Assembly (NCBI RefSeq): GCF_001194135.2
Contig: NC_068993.1
Span: forward strand, 13,067,427 to 13,131,258
Source: Octopus bimaculoides
Taxonomy: Eukaryota
Direction of reading: 5' to 3'
DNA: 63,832 bases
In this document: positions 52,945-63,832 of the stretch, in pieces
Layout: the number at the start of each line of letters is the position of its first letter
Position numbering within the stretch: the first letter of the stretch is position 1
The notes under the pieces: model-generated
What the model was told of the DNA's origin: nothing
Database searches by the model: none
Seen by the model: only the letters and a program-made list of their open reading frames with translations
Position numbers and translations under genes: made by a program

Positions 52945-53050
52945 AAGCGCAGAGCAAAATGCTTAGCGGCATTTCGTCCGTCATTTCGTCCTGGCTTCAA
53001 ATTCCAACGAGGTGCTCTTTGCTTTTCTTCCTTTCGAGATCAACTTGATT
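52945..53050 (+). mobile_element. SINE family D fragment
   Basis: aaatgcttagcggcatttcgtc..ttcaaattccaacgaggtg..tttgcttttcttcctttcg. Confidence 0.75.
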
Positions 53051-55149
53051 GGTTTAACCCCTTTCGTGTACTTGCTGAACTTGAACCAAAATTTGAAACC
53101 TATATATATATATACATACATACATAAATAAATACATCATTATTCCACTCATCAACCTAGCTACCTAACTAAAGATTTTGCTATCGGAATCACATCCTAT
53201 TGTCTTTATGTATGTGTGTTACACACACACACACACACATACACACACACACATACACACACACACACACACACACATACACATATGGTGATCTCGGTAG
53301 CTTGTCAAAGAGAAATATCTTTTCTGTTTACTCAGTTAGAAGAATGATTGAGTGAGGGAGAAAATGAGTGTTACTGAGGGAAGAAGGAGAGAGAGAAAGA
53401 GAGAGAGATTGGGGAGAGCGTGAGAATGATAAAGCAGGAGTTATGAGAATGAATGATAGAGAGTACCCACTGAATATCTCTAGCTTTTTTTCCCTGTCTT
53501 CATACAAGAATTAAATATTATAGATTTACCCTACGATTTTTACGTTAATTCTGCCACTGGCAACCCCTTTTTCCATTGCTTTCTTTTCTCTCTTTCACAT
53601 CACCTATTTCTCTCTTTCCAACTCAAACGCAACTTCGTTTCCACAACCAAAGGAAACTCGATATCAAACAACATGCTGAATCCAACCTAATCGCAACAAT
53701 GAAACACTGCGGCCTCTCTGAAATCCCATCACTCAACTCTATGCATTTTTATTCACTCTTTTTCATTATATCTCTCTTCTCACACACTCTCTCTATCTGT
53801 CCCTCTTTCTTTCCCTCGATTTCTTCAGCTTTCTCCCCCCACCCCCACCTATTTTCTGTCTCCTTCATCAAAAGCTCTCCACATCAAATCGAATGCATTT
53901 TACATTCATACTCATTCAACATTACAAAAAATAAAAAAGAAAAAAAATATCAACGACAATAACAAAGCAATCCTGGTATTATCTCTTTTGGAACCAACAT
54001 CCACTTCAGGTGTTCACGGCCAACAGGCAACTCTAAACAAATCAAGAGATACATTAATTATTACAGCAATTCCACTCGAACTCCTAACCTTACGTTTCAG
54101 TTAGGAAACCTTTTAAGATCTCAAAAAAAAATTTTTTTGCAGAAATTCTGTCTCTTTACTTTTTCTATTGATTCAGCAGTTATGCGCATTTTCACTTGCA
54201 TTACCCTGCACACAAGTAAAAATAAAACATGCATATGACTCGAAATATTGAAAAAAAATTATGCCCNNNNNNNNNNNNNNNNNNNNNNNNNNNNNNNNNN
54301 NNNNNNNNNNNNNNNNNNNNNNNNNNNNNNNNNNNNNNNNNNNNNNNNNNNNNNNNNNNNNNNNNNNNNNNNNNNNNNNNNNNNNNNNNNNNNNNNNNNN
54401 NNNNNNNNNNNNNNNNNNNNNNNNNNNNNNNNNNNNNNNNNNNNNNNNNNNNNNNNNNNNNNNNNNNNNNNNNNNNNNNNNNNNNNNNNNNNNNNNNNNN
54501 NNNNNNNNNNNNNNNNNNNNNNNNNNNNNNNNNNNNNNNNNNNNNNNNNNNNNNNNNNNNNNNNNNNNNNNNNNNNNNNNNNNNNNNNNNNNNNNNNNNN
54601 NNNNNNNNNNNNNNNNNNNNNNNNNNNNNNNNNNNNNNNNNNNNNNNNNNNNNNNNNNNNNNNNNNNNNNNNNNNNNNNNNNNNNNNNNNNNNNNNNNNN
54701 NNNNNNNNNNNNNNNNNNNNNNNNNNNNNNNNNNNNNNNNNNNNNNNNNNNNNNNNNNNNNNNNNNNNNNNNNNNNNNNNNNNNNNNNNNNNNNNNNNNN
54801 NNNNNNNNNNNNNNNNNNNNNNNNNNNNNNNNNNNNNNNNNNNNNNNNNNNNNNNNNNNNNNNNNNNNNNNAGAGCCTGTAAAACATGCAAAACAGCATT
54901 TGTCTCTGATAATTGTTGACATCTCACTCTATAATCAGACAACAAATTGACGTCAGCAACAATAACAGCAGCAGCAGCAGCAGTTACATTAATATAACAA
55001 TGACAACATTATTTAATAACAACAGCAACAACAACAACAAGGGTTTTAATATAATTGACAACAACATCAATGAGATAAGAATGACAAAAGCTGGAGAGGA
55101 GAAAAACAAAACAGCAACTGACTTTAGAAAAATTGTATAATTCAGTAAT

Positions 55150-55179
55150 CACTACTATTACTACTACTGCTACTACCAT

Positions 55180-55233
<54 letters not shown>
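55150..55233. repeat. (CTA)n trinucleotide microsatellite
   Basis: Directly visible; similar GTA/CTA tracts lie at ~13970, 20915, 21630, 27510, 32620 and 57710. Confidence 0.95.
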
Positions 55234-55382
55234 CATTAATACTATTTTGTAATTTCGTTTTTCGTCCCGGTGTATTTGTTTTTGCATCAACTACCATTTG
55301 AAGCTTTGTTTGGTTTTAGATGCATTTAGTCTTTCCAATCCGCCATCTTGTTTATCTCACTTCGTATCTCCTCTCTCTCACG

Positions 55383-55432
<50 letters not shown>

Positions 55433-56297
55433 ATATATAATACGTTCTGTCTATTTGTTATTGTCTCAGTCTGCCTTCCTTGTCTCTCTTCTTCTCTCTC
55501 TTTCTCTCTCTTTCTCGCATTTTCTATTTCCGCGTCGTTCTCTCTTACTTCCATTTCACTACAGTCGACTCAACTCCGTTGCAACACAATGAATAAATGG
55601 ATAAACAAACAAACAGACAAACACACACGTCAATAAATCAATCAATAAACAAATATATAAATACTGTTTCCAAAGAGATTGTCTGAAATGAAGAAGAAGA
55701 ATAAAAAAAAGCAACAACTGCACACAAACCAATAGAAGAAGGATAAAAAGCAAAACAAAGAAAAAAGAAAGAAAAAGAAAAAAAGAAGTAATTAACATAA
55801 ATAAAATGGTAACTAGAAATACACAAATAACAAAAAAAGTAAGAAATAAAATTTAACAAATACAAGAAAAGAAAATTTAGAAAAGCATGTGGAAATGTCT
55901 AAAACAAATGACTAAAACAAAAGAAAATGAAGAAAAAAATAACAGTAAAACATAAAATATATAAAAATTTACGAAAGTATATGAAAAAGAATTGTAAAGA
56001 AATAATAGAAAGAAAGAAGGAAAGAGAAGGAATACATAAATAGATAAATAAAAATGTAGACAAACAAATAAATAAAAATGGTATGAAAATCAAAGATTGA
56101 ATTTAGAGAGGAAAATATAATTGGAATTGTTTCTTATTTAGCATGGAAATGTAACATTAAGTATTCCATTAGTTGCTAAGACTTAGGCAATACACGTTGA
56201 AGCAGAGAGAAGCCATATGCACAAACAGATACACGCAAACACTAATATGTATATATATATATGTGTGCGTGTGTGTGTGTGTATGTATATATTTATG

Positions 56298-56374
<77 letters not shown>

Positions 56375-56425
56375 TGTATGTATATATTCGTACGTATATA
56401 TTCATACATACATAGACATCACACG

Positions 56426-56467
<42 letters not shown>

Positions 56468-57427
56468 CATGTACATATGCATGTGTCTGCGTATCTATGT
56501 TTGTATGTACATGTGTGAATTTACATATATATGAACACGTTTGTTTGTGAGAGTATGTGTACCTATCTTCGCCACTTACCGTTTCATGTGTTATATAATC
56601 AAACTGTATTTGCCTTTTGTTTTGAAATTAACAAGACTGTGTGTGTGTATGAGAGAGAGAGAGAGAGAGAGATGATAAGGAGAGAGATTATATGGTGTGA
56701 GAACCGACGGGAAATGGATAGCTGAGAGACGAACAAATGAAAGGGAAAATGGTAAAAACTACAGGGTGAATGAATAATTTTTTTTTTTTTTATTTTGGTT
56801 TGCTTTTATTTTATTTATTTTTTGTATTGAAATTGAAAGTAAAAATACAGAGGGCATAAAACTGAAAGGAAACTGAGAGAATTTGACTGAAACTGCAGAG
56901 GTAAATGGGTGAATACAAGGTATTAGAATTATATACATATATACATACACATATATAATACATCCATCCATACATACATACACAAAAACACATGCACACA
57001 TACACATGCATGCACGCATGTATGCATGTATATATATATATATATATATTCTAAAACGAACGCTGGATACAAGGGAGATAGAAAAGAATGAATGTAATAC
57101 CAATAGAAATAAATAGAAAAATAGTTACATAGAAAGTAAAAAAGAAAGAAAGAATGAAAGATAGAAGAAAAGGATGAAGGAATGAAACAGCAGAATGAAC
57201 GTTTAATCGGAAAACAGCAAAAACAAAACACATAAACTGGAGAAAGAAATACAAATAAATAGATAAAATGCAAAAAAAAAAAAAAATAAGAATCAGTAAA
57301 AATTGGACTGAATGGAATCGGTAAAAAAGAAGTGATTTCTTTTTTTTAACTGCTTTATACATCGAAATGTGTTTCCAAGAGATTGGTGCTTCGGTTTGGT
57401 GATGATTGCTACAAGCCATTTTCCCAG

Positions 57428-57567
57428 TCTCTGATAGAGAAAACATTGTAATTTGGCGAGCTAATGCCGAAGCCTTTATGCGGACCGTTGTCCGGATAGA
57501 AAAGAAAACAGTCAAGTCTTCCTCAAATGAAAGCATGCCGTTTCATAAAAGAAAAAGATGCACATGA
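57428..57567 (+). CDS. Candidate terminal exon (VSDRENIVIWRANAEAFMRTVVRIEKKTVKSSSNESMPFHKRKRCT*)
   Basis: Acceptor ccattttcccag, 46 open codons, GC island within A-rich flanks; the antisense frame is also open. Confidence 0.22.
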
Positions 57568-57710
57568 GAATATGATCGTGAATTCAAGCTCCCTGCAAAA
57601 GAATACGAAAATAAAAATAAGACTAATAATAAAACGTAATGGTCGCAACTTGAACGTCTGTCTGCAAATGTCTGCTGACTTAAATCTAAACATCAACAAC
57701 TAGTACTTTA

Positions 57711-57742
<32 letters not shown>

Positions 57743-57999
57743 CACAAGGGGAGAGTGATCGAAGGGTCCAGGATGTGTCAGGCTTTAAAAGGAGTGGATG
57801 ACAATGTACGGGACACAGCAGACATATACATGTGTTTAATGTGTTCTTTTCTTAGAGGGTGGAGTGCGATTTGTAGGAGATATAGCTTCTATTTCTAACA
57901 TGTATCTAAACCACATAGAGCTTTGCTCATTGACTCGTTGTAAGTTTAATTGTGATGGCATGTGTGATGATGAGACTTGTGATCATATGCTATGGGAGC

Positions 58000-58161
58000 A
58001 GGCAACACTATGTTATGAAGAGATTGCTTCCTCAACACATGGTTTCGTGTTGAGTCCCACTTACCTAGTGTCTTCTACTATAGCCTCGGGCCGCCCAAGG
58101 CCTAGTGAGTGGATTTGGTAGACGGAAAATGAAAGAAGCCCATTGTATGTATGCATATATA
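58000..58161 (+). mobile_element. SINE family A, 5' half running into a gap
   Basis: gtgtcttctactatagcctcgggccg..gtgagtggatttggtagacggaaa.tgaaagaagccc. Confidence 0.85.
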
Positions 58162-59554
58162 NNNNNNNNNNNNNNNNNNNNNNNNNNNNNNNNNNNNNNN
58201 NNNNNNNNNNNNNNNNNNNNNNNNNNNNNNNNNNNNNNNNNNNNNNNNNNNNNNNNNNNNNNNNNNNNNNNNNNNNNNNNNNNNNNNNNNNNNNNNNNNN
58301 NNNNNNNNNNNNNNNNNNNNNNNNNNNNNNNNNNNNNNNNNNNNNNNNNNNNNNNNNNNNNNNNNNNNNNNNNNNNNNNNNNNNNNNNNNNNNNNNNNNN
58401 NNNNNNNNNNNNNNNNNNNNNNNNNNNNNNNNNNNNNNNNNNNNNNNNNNNNNNNNNNNNNNNNNNNNNNNNNNNNNNNNNNNNNNNNNNNNNNNNNNNN
58501 NNNNNNNAACAGTTCACCATACTGCTATTTTCCTGGTCCTCAAATTACCTAGGACTAAACAATCCAACCTGATATTTTCGAAAACAGTTGGATGTGATCT
58601 GATAGAGATTAGACTACTATTTCTCGGAAATGCAGTACCCTCTCAGATATCCTCTCGTTGTTCCGGTAGTGTGTCGTATATTTGCAGATCATGGCCCTGA
58701 TTTTATAGTATAAGTCTATTTATACCAACAATGCTTTATAGATGTTTTTTTTTTTCTATCGAAGCTGGAATGATTAAAGACAAAGTTGATCTCGACGAGA
58801 TTTGAACTGAAAAGTTAAAAGGCCAGAAATAAATTATACTGTTTCTGGTGTCTTGTATTCATTAGCCGGTTTCTGTGTGCGCACAATTTGTACGTGTCAA
58901 ACAACTCATGCGTTTGATGGTTGTGTCTGGGTGTGTGAGTGAGTGAGCTATAGAGAGAGAAAGAGAGAGACGGAGAGGCTGGATAGAACTGACACAAATA
59001 TCAGAGTAACAAACAAATACAACTATAGAAGAAACACGATGATAATTATGTCTATGAAGTTAGTGGTGATGGTGTTGCTGATTGACGACGATGAATTTGA
59101 TTAAAGCGCTTACAAAAAATAAATACTACCAGCGCAACATCAAAAGTGTAATTAATTGTTGAGTATATAATTAATTAATAAAATAAGTTTCTAAATATGT
59201 CATCAAATAACAATTTAAAAATAAGATAAGGTTACTGGAAAAATGAAACAATATTTTAATTCGTCCATTTATTGAAATATGAAAAGGAAAAAAAAATATT
59301 CTTTTTTTTTTCTTTATTGAAATATAATATAAAAATACTAAGTCACATGTTTCTCTCTTCTATTTGCTGTTTCCCTAGTTCTGTCACTGTATAAAAATGT
59401 GGAAGGGGAAAGCATTGGGTGTACCGAGAGCGGTAGAAGTTAATGTATGTTAAAAACAATGTATGATAAATGAAAGTGGATCTGACAGTTATATACATAG
59501 CTTGCAGTTTTATTGTATGGAAGAGAGTGAGAGACATAGCCAACCATCAGCAAG

Positions 59555-59724
59555 CGAGGCCGACACAGCTTGGCACCAGTGACGTCGCAACTCGCTTCTA
59601 TAATTGAGTGAACTGGAGCAACGTGAAATACAGTGTCTTGCTCAACATGCAGCCTGGTCCAGGATCGAACTCAGTACCTCGTGATTGTGAAATCGGCACT
59701 CTAAGCACTGAGTCATGCGCCTTC
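59555..59724 (-). mobile_element. SINE family B, 5' part
   Basis: cagcttggcaccagtgacgtcgcaactc..actggagcaacgtgaaat..gtcttgctcaa..gatcgaactc..cactgagtcatgcgccttc. Confidence 0.85.
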
Positions 59725-60269
59725 GTGTTGTCTAATACGTAATTTGTATTTATGCGAATGTTACTATTGTTAATATAATTACTGTTGTCCTTTATTGTTA
59801 TTACTATTATCATTCTATTATTATTACTATATTTAAATAATCGCATGGAAGGTCCTTTATTGAATGTTTCTTCAGAGAGAAGTTAACAAGTTGTGTACGA
59901 TGTGAAGTACGAGTTATCTGTATGCCAAAGAATAGCCGTCAGTATTTCGATTGCATATCTAGTTAAATTTTCATGATGTCTTTGATAAGTATATGTGGAT
60001 TTGTGCAGAAAACTGAGAACAATCTGAGTGAGTGTGCATGCATTCGTGCGTGTGAATATATAGGTCTCTGTGTATATGTGAGTGAAAGACTCATTTTGTT
60101 ACACAAGGTTATATTATCACCATTCTTCGTATTAGCCGGTATGAGTTTCAAGATAATACCACCCATTCTTCAAACCACATTGGTCATATACTATGTGTTT
60201 TACTTGGGTAAGACCAGATTTTAAAATATTTCTAGTACACTGAATCTATATTTGATGCAGTTCAGAATA

Positions 60270-60300
60270 ATCGGACTCGGCCTTTTGGCTAAGATGAAAT
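60270..60300 (+). pseudogene. U2 snRNA 5'-end fragment
   Basis: atcgga-CTCGGCCTTTTGGCTAAGAT-gaaat vs U2 atcgcttCTCGGCCTTTTGGCTAAGATcaagt: a 20-nt exact match starting at the U2 5' end, after which similarity stops. Confidence 0.6.
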
Positions 60301-60670
60301 CCAAATTGCGAAATCTTAAGTTAAGAAATTTTTCAATAATATTTCTTGTCGTTTTGTGCGGATGCGCCTGAAGGCATGACATCACTTATAGTGTTAAAGA
60401 CACAAATCAATTTTTATATTGATTTTTTTTCTCATCGGATCGACAAAGCCACACATTTGGCATTGGCTCAAAGACGATTAAATCGCCCCCTGGTGGTTGA
60501 TTTAGTAGCTTAAAATAAGTTAGCAAGTTAAAATAATTTTAACGTCTTCACGAAACAGAATTTTAAACTTGGAGTAATTTATTACACTCCTTCGTGTTCA
60601 CCTTTACGAAGGTAAGAAATTAATACTACTAGGAAAATATCATCACAGTATTAGGAATATTGATTTCAAA

Positions 60671-60876
60671 TTTTGACACAAGGCCAGCAATTACAGGGAG
60701 GGGATAAGTCGATTACCTCGATGCAAGTGTTCAGTTGGTACTTACTTTATTGACCCCAAAATGATAAAAGGCAAAGTCGACCCCGGTCGAATTTGAACTC
60801 AGAACGTAAACGTGAATGAGATGCCGCTAAGCATTTTCCCCCACCATGTTAACAACTCTGACAGCTCACCGCCTTA
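60671..60876 (-). mobile_element. SINE family D, near full length
   Basis: aaggcaaagtcgaccccggtcgaatttgaactcagaacgtaa..gccgctaagcatt..cagctcaccgcc. Confidence 0.9.
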
Positions 60877-61465
60877 TGGTATGGTATAATATGATATAAT
60901 ATAAGTATAATATTAAGAATAGATCATTTGTATTTACTGTCAATTTATGTAGGTCGCATATAGCAAATCCAATGCCTAACATTTCGTTGGTAGTTCTGAA
61001 TTAGTTACTATTGAAAATATAGGCCAGCAGATCTGAATAATCCTAATGAACATGTTTGAAGAGATAAATGTTACTGATTTCAAGATTTATATGGCAAATA
61101 TTAATTACTGAAAATTGTGAACATGCAAATTAGAAACAGATGTAGTAATTGAAGTGCAGCTGCTGCTCTCAGCAGCTGACACAGACTTATCAAACACAAG
61201 GTTGTATTTTTTTTTAATCCGATAAGCTGGCAATTATAAATCTTGGAGATTATTGGAAATTCTTTAAAAAATCCAAGACAGTGAGAATCGTGCAAAAACA
61301 AAACAAAAAAATTGTTTTACTAAGAATATAATTAGAAAATAAATGCTAAGTAGAAATTTGAGATAAACAAAGAAAATTTTTTATAATAAAATTTAAACTT
61401 AACTGGATGCAGTTAGTTCGGATAATAATAATAATAATGATGATAATGAAAATCCTAATAGCAAT

Positions 61466-61806
61466 AACAAGAGAACTCAGAGAGCGGAAACCCCTGCCAA
61501 GACAACACCAATGTCCGCTCAGCGATTAGTCAGTGATGGTTTTTAAAATGTAAATATCTGAAATAAACTCGACTAAACATGAACCCGACCGCTCTTAAAA
61601 ATTAAGTAAAAGAACCTGAAAAGTAATCCAGAATTCTTGTCCGGACAGGATCGATCCCAAAATCTAATCAGTTCGTGCCAGTCACGAGGCAAAACATCTC
61701 TGAAAGTTTCATCCGAATCCATCCAATGATTCTTGAGATATCTTGTCCACAATCAAACAAACACGACTGAAAACAATATCTCCGCCTGCGCTTAGGCGGA
61801 GGTAAT
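61466..61806. mobile_element. Helentron-associated (HINE/DINE-1-like) non-autonomous element
   Basis: Terminal 8-bp-stem hairpin ctccgcct-gcgctt-aggcggag (61780-61801) followed by gtaat, a related subterminal motif (aaacccctgccaag) near the other end, an internal caaa repeat, and no TSD. Confidence 0.6.
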
Positions 61807-62278
61807 AATGTTGATAATAATGGTGGTGAAGAGCAGGTGTTTAACAGATTGAATCAACTTTATCATATTTGACGGTTAATTCGGACAATAAACTTTGAAT
61901 CAACTTCTTAGTTATCAATCTCAGTCCTAAAATCAGAACGTTATACTGCGAGTCTAAAGTGATCTAGTAAAAGAAATAAAAATATCTTTTAATAAATACG
62001 GAGAGGTAACGCTTATAGGATAAATTAAACTTGATCCAACGAGAAGAACTCTTTAACTGCTAAAAATAATAAAGGAAACTCTAAGTCACAAACAATGTGA
62101 CATTAGAAAATGTTAAACCCAAAGCTAATAGATTTATAACATGCTGTAAATTACTTCATAGTTTCACGGAGCTCTTTCATTTTGAAACTGTAGACTTGCT
62201 TTCTTGCTTGTTAAGAACAAAACATCTAATCCGGCGAAACAGAAGCTAAGGGTTATTTGACGGTAGCAAATGCCTTAC

Positions 62279-62345
62279 CCCCACTTCACCTTATTTTTGT
62301 ATTGCTCAAATACGGAGAATCCTGTCTGTGTGGTAGGTAACACAT
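62279..62345 (-). CDS. Internal coding exon of a minus-strand gene, phase 1 to 2 (DVLPTTQTGFSVFEQYKNKVKWG)
   Basis: Minus-strand acceptor accttctacctctgtcctcatttcag and donor GG|GTAAGG; 67 nt, with only this frame open. Confidence 0.55.
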
Positions 62346-63301
62346 CTGAAATGAGGACAGAGGTAGAAGGTTCGTATTCTGTTGGTAGCCATCAGCCATT
62401 TTCCCCCATCCACTAGATTGTTCAACCCAATATATTACTTGCTATTACTTATAAATGTATTCGCTTCGATTTTCGCTGTAATCCTCTCTCGTATGTCAGT
62501 CGGTGGGTAGTGACATTCAACTTGTGTTTTCAAAAGAGATGTTTTGGAAGACCACCGGTCCAAGTTTCTGGCTAAGTGCAGTTCCGCCTCTTACCATTAT
62601 GTAAATTATGCCAAAGAAAGCCACTCAGAGCGTAGCATTTTACAGAAAAATAGAAAGAGTTGAGTAAAGATTAGCAACATGTTCAAAAATGAGTTGGCAT
62701 ACGGAAAACAACCAAGGACGATTTGGCCTACAGCAAAACCATGAATATATTAATAATCCTATTTTGGACGGTACATATTTCTGCTTGATTGTATGAAGTC
62801 TCCTCATTCCACAACCTTCTTTCGATTTTTCTAGTCTTTTGATAACATAAAATTAAATGTAAAAATAATTTCCATCCGTCAAAATCTATAAAGCAGTATT
62901 TTTTTAGTATTAATTATTCAAAGTAAAAGGAAGATTTCCTATGGAGATTTAAGAATAGTTACAGATATTTAAGATTGATGCGATGCAAGTTTCAAGTAAG
63001 GATATCTCTTGAACAACGCTCATAAGAAATGTGGGATGAGTGGAGATAGAATCCTGTACGCTGCAGTTTATGTAACGGAACAATCGAGCATTTACTTGAA
63101 CGGTTTTAATGTAGCATCGAGGATATGAGATCCTTAAAAGGTCATGTTGGGAGGGGGGAAGGTTGGATGATGGTGCAAATGTTCGTAGTAGTGGTGGAAG
63201 ATCAGCTGATCAGAGAATTATGAAAATGCAGTTTAATCGTATCTATCTATCTATCTATCTATCTGTCTGTCTGTCAGTCTATTTATACATGCATGTATGA
63301 A

Positions 63302-63635
63302 GACCCACTTCGGTCATGAAGGACCATAAGATTGCACCTAGAAAAATTCCCCTCCGAGGCACAAGACCGGATATGTTTGTTTATGGAAGACCAGCAATCG
63401 CTGTTGCATAGCATCCTCCCCTCTTCATGCCACCTTTGTTATCCAAAGGAAAGGCAAAAGCTGATACAGCGTGGCACCAGTGAAGTCACAACTCGTTTAT
63501 ATAGTTTAGTGAAATGGAGCAACGTGAAAATAAAATGTCTTGCTCAAGAGCACAACACGCATCCCGGTCCAGAATTCGACCTCACACTCATGATTGTACG
63601 TTCGACGCTCTCACCACTGAGCCATGTGCCTTCAC
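63302..63635 (-). mobile_element. SINE family B, full length (long-tail subfamily)
   Basis: Reverse complement: aaggcacatggctcagtgg head, ctcttgagcaagaca box, tail ..ctaggtgcaatcttatggtccttcatgaccgaagtgggtc. Confidence 0.88.
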
Positions 63636-63832
63636 ACATTCATACACACACGCGCGCATGTGTGCACACGCATTATATTTTTAGATGGACATCACGACAA
63701 TGAGAGTCCACTATGTTCGAATAGTGAAGATATTATTAAATACTCCTTTTGGTACTATTTATAACTTTTAAACTTGCAACCACTTCCTTAAGATATATAT
63801 CTTATTTCTACACACACAGATATGTGCGCATA

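Noticed and set aside
59845-59965. Cys-rich frame (..TSCVRCEVRVICMPKNSRQYFDC..) faintly like a piggyBac C-terminal zinc finger
   Set aside because: Cys/His spacing is incomplete, and no TTAA-flanked TIRs or other transposase remnants are visible.

Overview
This is AT-rich, microsatellite-dense animal genomic DNA from a draft scaffold with 15 N-gaps. It is not prokaryotic: there are no operons, rRNA or tRNA genes, or CRISPR arrays. The repeat landscape (tRNA-headed SINEs carrying internal TA/TG tracts, and Tc1/mariner and Penelope-like remnants) looks like an octopus (cephalopod) genome; this is inferred from recalled repeat families, not from a database hit. Almost all ORFs in the supplied track are artefacts of microsatellites or N-runs. 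About 30 SINE copies or fragments fall into three families, labelled here by me. Family A is ~400 bp, with a tRNA-like head, a CORE-like box, an internal microsatellite and a GAGTAAAA tail. Family B has a tRNA head plus a TTGAGCAAGACA box. Family D is ~215 bp with the central motif GTCGAC..TTTCATCCTTTCGGGGTCGATAAA. Also present are two internally deleted mariner-type elements, a nested Mutator-like foldback MITE, a Helentron/HINE-like element, a decayed LINE endonuclease, a Penelope-like remnant with a hammerhead-like core, and a U2 snRNA 5' fragment. The best gene signal is on the + strand: an ETS-rich TATA/Inr promoter and non-coding exon (~29.8-29.95 kb), then a 55-nt exon at 39081-39135 encoding a signal peptide (MENICNILFVMLLLT). 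That exon's acceptor is immediately followed by a perfect donor (AG|GTAAGT), the signature of a recursive splice site. A well-formed minus-strand exon at 62279-62345 suggests a second, convergent gene. No gene could be named, and all other exon calls are low-confidence.
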